From: Anaeramoeba ignava BMAN
Lineage: Eukaryota; Protista; Anaeramoebae
DNA length: 64,000 bases
Direction: 5' to 3'
Assembly: GCA_028826165.1 (NCBI GenBank)
Contig: JAPDFW010000070.1
Coordinates: forward strand, 806,001 to 870,000
The notes below the pieces were generated by a model. That model worked only from the letters and a program-made list of their open reading frames with translations, was not told the DNA's origin and did no database searches. Shown here piece after piece: positions 1 to 13,600 of the stretch; positions within the stretch are counted from its first letter, which is position 1; every line of letters starts with the position of its first letter. The position numbers and the translations under genes were made by a program.

Positions 1-870
1 AAAATTATTTATAAATTTATTTATAAAATTATTTATAAAATTAAATATAAAATTATTTATTAAATTATTTATTAAATTATTTATAAAATTATTTATAAAA
101 TTATTTATAAAATCATTTATAAAATCATTTATAAAATTATTTATAAAATTATATATAAAATTATTTATAAATTATTTATAAAATTATATATAAAATTAAT
201 TATAAATTATTTATAAAATTATTTATAAAATTAATTATAAAATTATTTATAAAATTATATATAAAATTATTTATAAAATTATTTATAAAATTATTTATAA
301 AATTATTTATAAAATTATTTATAAAATTATTTATAAAATTATTTATAAAATTATTTATAAAATTAAATATAAAATTATTTATAAAATTCTTTTATTAAAT
401 TATTTATAAAATTATTTATAAAATTATTTATAAAATTAAATATAAAATTATTTATTAAATTATTTATTAAATTATTTATTAAATTATTTATAAAATTATT
501 TATAAAATTAAATATAAAATTATTTATAAAATTATTTATAAAATTAAATATAAAATTATTTATTAAATTATTTATTAAATTAAATATAAAATTAAATATA
601 AAATTATTTATTAAATTATTTATTAAATTAAATATAAAATTATTTATAAAATTCTTTTATTAAATTATTTATTAAATTATTTATAAAATTATTTATAAAA
701 TTATTTATTAAATTATTTATAAAATTATTTATAAAATTATTTATAAAATTATTTATAAAATTAAATATAAAATTAAATATAAAATTAAATATAAAATTAT
801 TTATAAAATTAATTATAAAATTAATTATAAAATTAAATATAAAATTATTTATAAAAATATATTTTAATAG
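1..870 (+). repeat. Intronic 12-bp minisatellite (ATAAAATTATTT and variants) in the lectin gene
   Basis: Dozens of tandem 12-mers, almost purely A/T, ending in TAG at 868-870 just before the lectin exon. Confidence 0.9.
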
Positions 871-2490
871 CCAAATACAATGAAATATTGGTCTTCAATC
901 ATTACATTTCGAATTTCAAGTAGTAATAAAAGAATTGGAGCAGATGGATTTGTATTTTGGTATACAGAAAAACGAGCAATAACTGGAGAAACTTTTGGAA
1001 ACCAAGAAAATTTTAAAGGAATGGGAGTTTTTCTAGATACATTTGATAATGATAATAGTGTATAATAACAAGATTATAAAATATACAAATTTAAGAATAA
1101 TTGATTTATTCTTTTTTTTTTTGTTTATTTAAAAGGGAGATGCTCCTTTACTTCAACTTATGATTAATGATGGAACTCTTTTTTATGATAATTTAGTTGA
1201 TGGTAAATCATCTGTTGTTGCAAAATGTACTTTTAAATGCAGAAATTTACAAGATACATCAAAAATTAAAATTACTTATTTTAATGATGAAATTATTGTG
1301 TGTTTTTTATTATAAAATTTCAATTTAAATCAAAATTTCAATTCAAATTAAATCAAAATTTCAATTCAAATTAAATCAAAATTTCAATTTAAATCAAAAT
1401 TTCAATTTAAATCAAAATTTTTAAATTAAATCAAAATTTTCAAATTAAATCAAAATTTTTAAATCAAAATTTCAATTTAAATCAAAATTTTTAAATTAAA
1501 TCAAAATTTCAATTCAAACCAAAATTTTTAAATTAAATTAAAGGTTGAAACTTCACTTCAACCAAATGAACCTTGGCAAGAATGCTTTACATTCAAAGGT
1601 GTTGATCTTTCTCTTGGATATTATTTTGGAGTTTCTGCTCAAACTGGAGGAGTTTCAGGTTTGATTACTTATTTACTTATTTACTTATTAAATTTATTAA
1701 ATTTATTAAATTTATTAAATTTATTTATTTTATAAAATTTAAAAAGATAATCATGATATTTACAGCATTAATACACAAGATTTAACCAACAAAGAAGATT
1801 CTTTAGCTCAAAAACAAAAAGAAAAACAAAAAGAAAAACAAAAAGAAAAACAAATAATAGAGGAAAAAGAAAATGAAAAGGATTTATTACAAGATATTGA
1901 AAAATTAACACAAGAAATTGTTGATGAAATTCAATCAAAACGAAAAGAAATCCAACAAGAAATGTCAAGTCTTGAAAAAAATGAAGATTTTCATTTAACA
2001 CAAGAAGCTCTTAAAGAATTTGAACAAACAATCGAAGGTTTAAAAATGTAAATCGGAAAAAAAAATATAAATGATTATAATTTACAAATTTCATTTCTTT
2101 TCATGTATTTGAATAATTTTCATTTTCAAACAAAAAAAAAGTCACCAAAAAAGTGTTTATGAAAAATATTCTCATTTAGAAACGCAAATCAGAGAACTTC
2201 ATGAATTTATTGGAAATCAAATTTCAGGAGGAAATGTGGAACTTGCAACATCATTAACAACTTTTACTAAAGTTCTTTCTCATTTGCATTCAGTTGTCAA
2301 AGAAACTGAAACTGAATTCAAAAAAACTGATCCAGCTTTCCAAAAAGAAGCAGAAAAATTCCGATCCAAAATAGAGAAAACAGGTTCTTTTGCTTTTGGT
2401 TTTGTTATTTTTATTCTATTCCAAGTTGTTGTTGGTTTTGCCTTTTTATTTTGGAGAAAAAGAAAATTGTCAAAAAAGAAGATTTATTGA
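871..2490 (+). CDS. L-type lectin cargo receptor (ERGIC-53/VIP36 family), 5' part outside the window; exons ~871-1059, 1136-1298, 1544-1658, 1747-2047, 2142-2490
   Basis: Motifs GADGFVFWY, FKGMGVFLDTFDN, GYYFGVSAQTGG and DNHDI, then a coiled coil, a TM helix (FAFGFVIFILFQVVVGFAFLFW) and a dilysine-like tail KKKIY. GT-AG junctions keep the frame. Confidence 0.88.
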
Positions 2491-2706
2491 TTTTACTTTT
2501 ACAAACGAAACAAACAAAAAAACATTCATTCCTTTTTTCCTTCTTTCTTTCTTTCTCTTTTTAGAAAAAATTTTTCCAGAATTAATCAATAATCACAATC
2601 ATAAAAACAAAATTTTTCATTTGGAAATTTAAATTGGAATAAAAATTTTTCCAAAACAAGAAAATTCATTTTTTTCATTCATTTTTCTTTTTCAATAAAA
2701 TTTAAA

Positions 2707-4547
2707 ATGGAAATTACAACTAAAATTACACTTAATGAATATGAAGAAAAATTGTTCATATTCCTTAAAAAGGTTGTCAAAACATACAATTTAGATATAG
2801 TTTTAAGAGTAGCAGGTGGATGGGTTAGAGATAAAATATTGAAGAAAGAAAGTCATGATATTGATATTGCAATTGAAAAAATGACAGGACAAGAATTTTC
2901 AAATTATGTGAATAAATACCTTAAAGAAGAAGAGCATCAAGAAAAACTTCATCACACTGGAATCATTCACAAAAACCCTGAAAAAAGCAAACATTTAGAG
3001 ACTGTGAGAATGAATTTGTTTGGCAGATGGATCGATTTTGCAAATTTGAGAAAGGAGGTTTATAATCCGCAAAATCGAATCCCTCAAATTGAAATGGGAA
3101 ATCCAGTTGATGATGTTTTTAGAAGAGATTTAACAATCAATACTTTGTTTTATAATATTATGAATGGAGAAATTGAGGATTTCACTCAAAAAGGATTGCA
3201 GGATTTAAAAAAAGGAATCATTGATACGCCATTGGATCCAATAAAAACTTTTCTTGATGATCCTTTGCGCGTTCTTAGAACAATACGTTTTGCTGGTCGT
3301 TTTTCCTTTGAAATTTCAGAAAGAGTTCAAAAAGCTATTTATTTGGAAGAAGTTCAATCTGCTCTTTTTACAATGATTTCAAGAGAAAGAATTGGCATGG
3401 AAATCGATGGAATATTTAAATCAAAAAATCCTTTTGAAGGAATTTCTCGAATATTCGAATTCAATTTATATCCCATTGTTTTTTTGCAAGCGTTAAAAAT
3501 ATCTCCAAATATCCAAAAATTCGCTCAATTTTCTGTTAATCATCTTCGTGATTATTTGTTCAAATTATCCTCAGATCTTGAAAAAAATATTTCTGAAAAA
3601 TTCCCAGAATTGAAGGTTCTTCTTTTATCTTGTTTATATTTACCCTTTTTAGACACTAAGATTCCTTGGAGAAAAAAATCAAATTCTCCAACAAGAATTG
3701 TTCATTTTGTTTCTGAACATCCTTTAAATGCACTCAAATTGACAAGGAAAGAATCTTCACTAATTGATTTAAATCATCAAGGTGTTCTACTTTTTCTTAA
3801 TTTGCTCAAAAATTTTCAGTCAGTTGAAGAAATTCCAAGAAAAGAAATTGGTTTTATTCTCCAAACTTTGAAAATGAATTGGTTTGATTCTCTTATTTTA
3901 ACTCATGTGTTTCTTTCTGCAAATCAAAAACTTGTTTTTTCAAATTTAAAGTTGGATGTACAAAATTTTTTATCATCACTATTTGATTTTCAAGAAATTG
4001 AAGAAAATTTGAAAAAACCAAAAATAGAATTAAAAAAGCATGATCCAAAAAAAAATGAAAATGAAAATGAAAATGAAAATCAAAATCAAAATCAAAATGA
4101 AAATGAAAATCAAAATCAAAATGAAAATCAAAATCAAAATCAAAATCAAAATCAAAATCAAAATCAAAATCAAAATCAAAATCAAAATCAAAATCAAAAT
4201 CAAAATCAAAATCAAAATCAAAATCAAAATCAAAATTTTCAACAATTTATTATTCTTCTTAAACAAAAAATTGAAGGAATGAATCCCAAACAATTAATGT
4301 CTACTAAACCTTTATTAACTGTATTAATTTTAATTTTAATATTGACTAAATTTAAATTTAATTTGATTTGATTTTAATTTTAAAAATAATAATAAAAAAG
4401 GGAAAAGAAATTATTAAAGTATTATCAATTAAAGATAAATCAAAAATTGGAGAAATTTTAAAACAACTTCTTGGATTCCAATTTGAAAATCCACAAGCAA
4501 CAAAAGAAGAATGCATTTCATTTTTAAAACAAAATCAAAAGAATTAA
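2707..4547 (+). CDS. CCA1: CCA-adding tRNA nucleotidyltransferase (class II); exons 2707-4320, 4401-4547
   Basis: VAGGWVRD, DIDIA, RRDLTIN, DDPLRVLR and SRERIG motifs. Intron 4321-4400 restores the KPLLT/GKEII C-terminus. Poly-NQ insert. Confidence 0.92.
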
Positions 4548-4899
4548 TTTTTTAGTATTTTTTAATCCCCTTTCCAAAAAAAAAAAAAAGAGGAAAAACA
4601 AATTAAGAAAAATTTAGAGATCAATTTTTTGCTTTCTTCTTTTATTTTCATAAATATTCTTTAAGAAATTCGTTAAATTAAATTAAATTAAAATTAAATT
4701 AAAGTTAAATTAAAATTAAATTAAATTTAAATTAAATCCAAAAAAAAATTTTTTAAAATTAAATTTCATTTTTTTATTTTTCTTTCTTTTTTAAATTTAT
4801 TTAAAATTATTTTTTATTATTTTTTTTTGGAATTGTAAAAAAAGAGATAAGAGTTAATTTTAAATAAATTTGAATGAATGAAAAATGAATAAAAAATTT

Positions 4900-5620
4900 A
4901 TAAATTCAAATCTTAAACAAATATAAAAGAATAAATTTAAAATAAGGAAAAATAATGAAAAAGAAATTTTAAACAAATATCAAAAGAATAAAGGAAAATA
5001 AGGAAAAATAAAAGAAATTTTAAACAAATATTGAAAGAATAAAAGAAAAAAATTCAGAAAAAGTTAAATAAAATTAAAATAGGGAAAAATATTCCGAAAA
5101 TATTTAAATCAAATAAATTGAAAAATTTGATGAAAGAAAAATAAACGAAAAATAAAAGAAAAGAAATTTTAAACAAATATTGAAAGAATAAAAGAAAAAG
5201 TTAAATAAAATTAAAATAGGGAAAAATATTCCGAAAATATTTAAATGAAAATAAAATGAAAAGAAATGAAAAAGAAATTTTAAACAAATAATGAAAGAAT
5301 AAAAGAAAAATATTCCGAAAATATTTAAATGAAAATAAAATGAAAAGAAATGAAAAAGAAATTTTAAACAAATATTGAAAGAATAAATAAAGAAAAATCT
5401 TAAATAAATATTAAAAGAATAGATTTGATAAAAGAAAACTAAATGAAAAAGAAATTTTAAACAAATATCAAAAGAATAAAGGAAAATTCAAACAAAAGAA
5501 AAATAAAAGAAAAATTTGATGAAAGAAATCTAAACAAATATCAAAAGAATAAATAAAGAAAAGTGGAATTGGAAAAAAAAAAAGAATTCTGCAACAAAAT
5601 ATCGAAAGAATAAATGAAAT
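4900..5620. repeat. Degenerate intergenic tandem repeat (AAGAAATTTTAAACAAATAT...AAAGAATAAA core)
   Basis: Core recurs several times with variable spacing. Confidence 0.6.
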
Positions 5621-5768
5621 TTTATAAATCAAAATTAAAGCAAAAAAAGTGGGAAAAAAAGTTTCAAAAAATTTAATTAAGTTGAGATAACAGAATTAAT
5701 CAAAAAATTTTTTATAAAAAAAAAAAGAAAAAAAAATAAAACTTATGAAAAACTTGATTGAATTATTT

Positions 5769-6098
5769 TTAGTTTAAATCTTTTTTTGATTGATTATCTT
5801 GGTCAAGTTGATTCATTTTTTCTTTAAAATTAAGAAAAGCTAAAGCATATTCATAATCATATTCTCTCTTTTTTTCTTTATATTCTTGAATTAATTTTTG
5901 CATTTCAGTTTGATATTCTTCATAAGCTTGAATAATGAGTTCATTTTTTTGTTGAATCAATGCTTGAATTTCAGTTGCAATATCATCTTTTTCTGTTGTT
6001 TGTTTTATGGGTTCTGTTTCTAATTTTGTAAATGATTCTTGTTCAATATTTTCTCTAAATAAATCGTTTACATTATTTTCATCATCTTCACTCCACAT
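5769..6098 (-). CDS. Small acidic coiled-coil hypothetical protein (109 aa)
   Basis: ATG-initiated non-repetitive ORF with heptad-like E/Q/K content; no recognisable family. Confidence 0.55.
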   Translation of the reverse strand: MWSEDDENNVNDLFRENIEQESFTKLETEPIKQTTEKDDIATEIQALIQQKNELIIQAYEEYQTEMQKLIQEYKEKKREYDYEYALAFLNFKEKMNQLDQDNQSKKDLN

Positions 6099-6319
6099 TG
6101 TAAATTAATAAATAAATTAGAATTCAAAATTAAAATTAAAATTAAAAATAAAAATTAAAATTAAACAAAAGGGATTTAAAATTTTTTGGAAAAAGGAAAA
6201 AGGGGTTTTTTATTTTGTTTTTATGAATTTATGAAAGAAAAAAAATGAAAATGAAAAAGGAAAAAATGAAAAAAAAAATTTTTTTAAATTTTTTAAATCC
6301 ATTATGATCATCAAATGGA

Positions 6320-7690
6320 ATTTTTCATTTTAGATTTTGATTTTAATTTTGATTTTATTTTGGATTTTGATTTTGATTTTGATTTTCATTTTGATTTTAA
6401 TTTTAATTTTAATTTAGATTTTGATTTTGATTTTAATTTTAATTTTAATTTTAATTTTAATTTTGATTTTGATTTTGATTTTAATTTTAATTTTAATTTT
6501 CATTTTAATTTAGATTTTAATTTAGATTTTGATTTTTATTTTAATTTTAATTTTAAATTTAAATTAGATTTTAATTTTAATTTTAATTTTAATTTTAATT
6601 TTAATTTTAATTTTGATTTTGATTTAGATTTAGAATTTTAATTTTAAATTTTGATTTTAATTTTAATTTGATTTTAATTTTAATTTTAATTTTAATTTTA
6701 ATTTTAATTTTGATTTTGATTTTGATTTTGATTTTAATTTTAATTTTAATTTTCATTTTAATTTTGATTTTAATTTAGATTTTGATTTTTATTTTAATTT
6801 TAATTTTAAATTTAAATTAGATTTTAATTTTAATTTTAATTTTAATTTTAATTTTAATTTTAATTTTGATTTTGATTTAGATTTAGAATTTTAATTTTAA
6901 ATTTTGATTTTAATTTTGATTTTGATTTTAATTTTGATTTTAATTTTAATTTTGATTTTAATTTTAATTTTGATTTTAATTTAGATTTTGATTTTGATTT
7001 TAATTTTAATTTTGATTTTGATTTTGATTTTAATTTTAATTTTAATTTTCATTTTAATTTTGATTTTAATTTTAATTTTGATTTTGAATTTTAATTTTAA
7101 TTTTAATTTTAATTTTGATTTTGAATTTTGATTTTAATTTAGATTTTGATTTTAATTTTGATTTTAATTTTAATTTTAATTTTAATTTTAATTTTAAATT
7201 TTAATTTCAAAATGAATTTAAATTTTAATTTTGATTTTGATTTTGATTTTAATTTTCATTTTAATTTTGATTTTAAATTTGATTTTAATTTTAATTTTAA
7301 TTTTAAATTTAATTTTAAATTTAATTTTAATTTTAATTTTAATTTTAATTTTAAATTAGATTTTGATTTTAATTTTGATTTTAATTTTAATTTTAATTTT
7401 AATTTTAATTTTAATTTAGATTTTAATTTTTATTTTAATTTTAATTTTAAATTTAAATTAGATTTTAATTTTAAATTTAAATTAGATTTTAATTTTAATT
7501 TAGATTTTGATTTAGATTTTAATTTTGATTTTAATTTTGATTTTAATTTTAATTTTGATTTTGATTTTAATTTTGATTTTAATTTTAATTTTAAATTTAA
7601 ATTAGATTTTAATTTTAAATTTAAATTAGATTTTAATTTTAAATTTAAATTAGATTTTAATTTTAATTTTAATTTTAAATTTTAATTTTC
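6320..7690. repeat. Hexamer microsatellite (TTTTAA/TTTTGA)n, intergenic
   Basis: Visible directly; it generates spurious FN/IL ORFs. Confidence 0.95.
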
Positions 7691-7694
7691 ATTC

Positions 7695-10600
7695 TCATTT
7701 CTTTAAAGAAAAAAGTAACTTAGAAGAAGAAACTTTAATTGAATCAACACGATCTTTCTGTAACTTGATTAACCAACCAACAATAACTTCTTTTGATTCT
7801 TGAGTAATAAAATCAATACTAGAATGAATTTGGAAAAATAAATCAAGTAACTCTAAAGAACGAGAACGAACATTTGAATGCTTTCCATCATTAAATCCAT
7901 CACAAATAACAACAATAAAATCATTCAATATTTTCTTAATTTCTGGTTTAAATGATTTAATCAATTCTTGTTGAGTAAAGAAAATCATTTCGGAACTAAA
8001 AACTTGGAAACTTTTCAAAATTGATAATCTCATAATCCAGTCGGATTTCTCAAGTTTACTAAGTAAATACTGCAGAGTGATTTGCACTTGTGAAAAGTTT
8101 TCCAATTTATGGAAAGGAATTGAAAATACAATGCATTGAAAACAATAATCAACAATATTCACTTTATCTCCTTTGAGAGAATCAAGATCATCTTCAAAAT
8201 TATCAAAAAACTCAGTAGTTTTTGTTTTTGATATAAAACTTTGCTCAATTTTTTCAATCGCGTCTTTCATGATATCGAAAATTTTTTTGTGTAAATCCTC
8301 ATTTAAAAACGCGTTGAAATTTTGCAGAATGATTGCTAATGATTTGGTTGTGATTGTTTTGTAATGAAAATTCTTGTTCTTTTTGGCTTCACGAATAAAT
8401 GCAAGAATTATTTTTTCGAATTTTTTTGCCAAATCAACAACTTTATCAAGTTGTGAATAAAATGTTTTCTTAACAATATTTTTTTGTTGTTCATCAGTTA
8501 AGTTGGAATTTAAATGGGAAAACAAAATGAAGTCTTTGCACGAGATTAAAAGAGAAGATAAAGCTTCAAAAACAGCTTCTTTTCCTGCCCATATTCTTCC
8601 GCCTGCAGAAGAGACTAGAGAATCAATCAATCCCCACATTTTCTGTCCTGAATTTTGCAGTAAATGGTCGCGAATACCTGAACTTGTTAATGCGCTAATT
8701 CCAACGTCTTTGAGACTTAAAGCGCCTAATTTGCGAACGGCCCAAGTGGGACTTCCAAGTACTCCAAGTGAGAGATTATATATTTCAGAAAAATAAACCT
8801 CGATTCCACTTGTTTTTGAAGCGGTATTTTCGCTCCACACTTCTTGGAACAAATCCGCAATTTCTTTGCTTGAATCGTTGCTTCCAATGAAACATAAAGG
8901 AAGAATAATTTTCCCGAATCTGATCAGCATTTTGCTTCGTGAATTTTTGTTAATTTCTGCAATTGCTCGTGCAGAAATTTCGCGTGAAAATTCTTGATCC
9001 ATTTGATCGAAATAAAGTTGTTTTAATTCAAGAAGTAAATTTTCAATTTCAATTCGAAAAACATTGATTTTTCTTTCCTCTAAATTTTCAGAGTTTTTAT
9101 CGGCCTTTTGCCATAAAAGATTTGAAATATATCCTAATGATTTGGCATAAAGTTTGCGTAATGATGGTGATGCATCATTCATGCCTTGTCTAGATAGTCT
9201 GAGTATATGAACAAGATGAACGAGCGAAAGAAGACCGGAATGGAAATCAACAAGATCAACGAAGAATTTTGCGATAAATGCTCGGGATTGAAGACCAACT
9301 GCTGTCTGTGCAAGTTGAATGATATTAGGAATTAATTTGTCAATGTTTGTCTGATCAATTTGGTTTGTGCAGTAGCGTATTGTGTCAGCAAATGGGGATA
9401 TGCTATTAGCAGCAAGTCGGAGGTTTTCAAATTCTTCTTTGGAAACTTCCAATGCTGATGTGTGTGATTGAATATAATTCAATTGGGGTGGTTCTTCATT
9501 GGACATTGCCTGGATAAGTGCAATAATAATTTCGGAGACATGCGGTTTCAAAAGGTCTTTTGCATGACGAGCAATTTCATTAATCATTTCAAAAGATAAT
9601 AATCTTAATTCTTGAGCTGGACTTTGAATTCCTTTTGAAAGTAAAAATTTAAACACAATTTCTATTGCGGGAATTCCGATATCGTTTGGCGAATGTTCTG
9701 GATTGCAAAATCGCAGGCAAACTCCACGCAATGTTTGGTAAAAAGTGTTCGCTGAAATGCGAACTGTTTCTTTAATGTCATCTAACATGCGATGACTTAG
9801 AATCAAGAGATTTTCAAGATTTTCTCCAACGTTCGAAAATGTGCATCCTTTTAGTAAGTCTCCCAAAGCAAAGCAACTTGCTTCCCGTCTTCTCCACAAT
9901 TTGTCTTCCAATCCCGAAATTAATTCCTTCAAAATGGGTTTGAAATTTTGCTCAATTAATTTTGCTCTTTCTTCAATAGATGGGACTAAACTTTTCAAAA
10001 CAGATTCCATTGCAGTTTTGACTTGGTGATTTGGATCAAATTGATATCCATATAATTTGGGAAGTATTAAAGAAATAAACGGTTTGAGTTGTTCGTTGGA
10101 TGTCTGTGCAATTGTTGTTAATCCAAGAGCAGATGCTTTTTTGGAGTTCCAAACATGTTCACTTTTGCCGATGTTAATAAGTTGATAAACTAAATGCGGT
10201 TGTCCCATTTCTTTTGCAATTGAGTAAAGTTCTCTATAAGTAGTTAAATTTCGATTTTGTTTTTTCTCTTTTTGTTTCTCTTTCTCTTTCTCTTTCTCAT
10301 TTTGATTTTGATTTTCATTTTGATTTTGATTTTGATTTTGATTTTGTTGATTTGGATTTTTCTTTTTTTCTTCTTCTTGTTTCTTTTCCTTCTCCTTTTG
10401 TTTTTCTGCGTGATATTCTTCCCAATCAATTTCTGGAATTCCAATTTCATCATCTTCTTTCCTTTCAATTTTGCGACTTCTTCCATGAACCAAAGTATCC
10501 ATAAGTGAATCAACTAACAAATTTTTCAAATTTTGGTTTCCCATTTCATAAACAAAACACAGTCCCTTTGAAGCAAGATTTTCAATCAAAACATTTTGAT

Positions 10601-13600
10601 CGCCAAGTAAATTAAGAAAGGAATTATGAATATTCTCGAGTTTTTTGATGACGACAGGATGATGCTGACAATATTTAGTGATATTAAAAAGCCAAATTGA
10701 GGCTGAAAGACGGACAACAGAACTTCCTGAAATGAGCAGTTTTGTGGATAATGTTTCCAGGAATTGCTCCAAAACAGAATAATCTTGGGATTCCAATTTC
10801 ACTTTTTCGTTTTGATCAAATAATCCTTCATTTTGCTTAGAATCTTTAGATAAAAAGGGATTTCTAATCACTAATGAATCCCATCCAGAAAAAACCAATG
10901 TTAAAGATTCTCCAACGGAAAATTGTATGTCTTCAGCTTTGTGTTTAAGCAATCCGCACAAACCATCAGCTGCTCTTTCTTGTATTTCTTTTGTTTGTTC
11001 TCCAACACTTATAGAGCCAAGTGCATTCACAATTGATTCAAGTCGATTCGCATTATTCATAGTTAATTTCATTAATGAAATGAGTTCTTCAATTACAAAA
11101 ATTCTGTGGAAATGAGGAACAAACATCCCAACAACACCAAGCATTTTAACGGCTGTTGTTGATATTAGATCATCAGTTGATTTTGCCAAATAAAGAAAAA
11201 TGTTGATTGTTTTTATCAATGGAGAGAATAAAGAAATTTTTCCTTCATTTGGATCGTTTTCCTCCCAAAGTTTTATTTGGGATAACGATTGTGATTTGGA
11301 TGTTTTTTCGGTTGAAAACTGATTTGTGATATTAATTGGTTTGCGATTCAAATGATTTTCCAAAGACTCTTCAAAATTATGATTCCAATTCACTCGATAA
11401 AGATTCGCAATTGTAAATCCGATCACAAGAATTGAGGAATGAATATCAATAAGAGATGTTTTCTGGTCGATTCCAACAAGAATTTTAAAATGATATTCAA
11501 GAAGATCCTTGATTCTTTGTGTTTCCAAGCTGGATGCAAGCAATCCAACCATTTTGGAACTTATACTGCGAGTATTTGAGTCATTTGATCTGGTAAATTT
11601 CTTGATAAAATCAAACTCCTTTTGCCGAGAATAAATGCGAGAAAAGGAATCAAATGAGTTGATGAACAAAACAGCGAGGAAATTAAACGAAACAAATTGG
11701 AGTTCGAGGTTTGTGCTTGGAGAAGAAAGGGTTGTCCTTAATAGTTCGTGAATCGAAATCAACGGTTCTGGAATTTTACTTGTTTCCTCCAAATCCATAG
11801 TAATGAATTGCTGTTCATTTGTTGTTTCTTTTGTTTTTGAATCAATTTCCATTTCGTTGCTTTTCGCTTCCTTTTTAGAAGATGATATTTTTTGAGCTAG
11901 AAAATTCGCAATTGTTAAACCTTGTTTTTTTGCGTTATTAATCAAGCATAATAAAAGAAACTTCAAAGATTCAGAAATGACGCGTGAATTAATAAGACCG
12001 ACTGAAACAGTAGATTTTTGTTTTGGATATAATCTTTCGAGCAAGAATTTGGAAAAGGCGAAAAAGTCTGGGAAATCTACATCATTTTCACTAACAGCAA
12101 CATAATTTCTATCATGGAATTGATAAGGAACAAGTCCTCTTTTGGCTTCACTAATGACTTCTTTATTATTGTCACCCATGGAGATCAAATTGACAAAACG
12201 GGCGAAAAAATCGTTGAAAGAAAACACTTGAATCACAAAACTATTGACAACTGAACGAGTGCGATAATCCTCAATCCAGGAAATGTTTGAACGCGAGGAT
12301 AATCCAATGATGTTTTCAATTAAATACCGGATCATCTCACGAACATTCGGAGATGATTTTTGGTATGCAAACGAGAGAAGCATCAATCCTTCACGAATAA
12401 ACGGAACAATTCCACTTTGTTCCTTTTGAAATCCATCAAAGAACATTTGGATTATTTGGATATCCGACTGGAATAAATCTGGCACTCTTTGGCAAACTTT
12501 TCCGATTGCCCGATAAGCAAGACCTTTGATTCCAGGGTTTTTGGATAATGTTTCTATTAATCCTTTGTTTTCAAACGCTAATTTCGGATTTTGCTCACTT
12601 TCAAGTTCTACTTTTTTCTCAATCGTAATAAGCTGCGCCAATCCAGAAGATAAAATGATTGGTGCCATTGCACGAAATTGTTGGTCATTTGATTTCTCGA
12701 TTGTCCATATTACAAAATTAACTCCTGATTCCCTAAGTTTTGGCGATGATGATTGACCGTAAATTGAATGGAAAATGGCTTGCAAAGTTTTCGGGAATCG
12801 GTTTGTTGCCAAAATGGATTTTGATAAATACCCCAGAATTGCAATTTTCAAATCGTTTGAACCTTCTGGAATTTGTTTGTTTTTATCGCCAAGAAATAAT
12901 AAGAATAATTTGTCAATGAGATTTTCTGATTCCAAATTAGGAAGTGTGATTTTTCTTAAATATGTTTCTCCTTCATTTGCAATTATGTTTCGGAAATGGG
13001 TTTTTGCAACTAAAAGTGAAGGGAATATTTCTGCATCACTGAATAATCCACTTGAGAGAAACTGAACTATTAATGATTTTTGTTTTAATGCTTCTCCTTG
13101 TGAATCTGTTTGGAGATAATTGAATTGAATGAAATCAAGAAATATTTCTTTGTCTTTTTGATTAAAAGCAAATTCAAAAAGTTCCTTATGCTTTGATTTG
13201 TCGATTGGAACAAATACAGAACCAAAAATGGGTGCAGTAACTGATAATAATTTGATTTGGTTTTTTGGATCTTGATTTGAAATATTTCTTATTAATTTTG
13301 GAGCGTATAATTTTTTTGTCTTTTAAATATAAATTTTTGAAATAATTTTAAAATAAATTTTGAAATAAATTTTGAAATAAATTTTAAAATAAATTTTGAA
13401 ATAATTTTAAATATAATTTTTAATATAATTTTTGAAATAATTTTTGATATAATTTTTGAAATAATTTTTAAAATAAATTTTTAATATAATTTTTGAAATA
13501 ATTTTTGAAATAATTTTTAAAATAATTTTTGAAATAATTTTTAAAATAATTTTTGAAATAATTTTTAAAATAAATTTTAAATATAAATTTTGAAATAATT

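Noticed and set aside
6315-7685. ORFs of poly-FN/IL/KL/IK here and at 28624-30427, 31960-35200, 41827-43417 and 53315-54406 (+)
   Set aside because: They are translations of stop-free microsatellites or the antisense of real genes, with no protein-like complexity.
7695-12935. Additional inteins in other long ORFs (ECM29, CK2, WD40, RasGAP)
   Set aside because: No block A or HN-[CST] terminal motifs and no large unexplained insertions were seen by eye.
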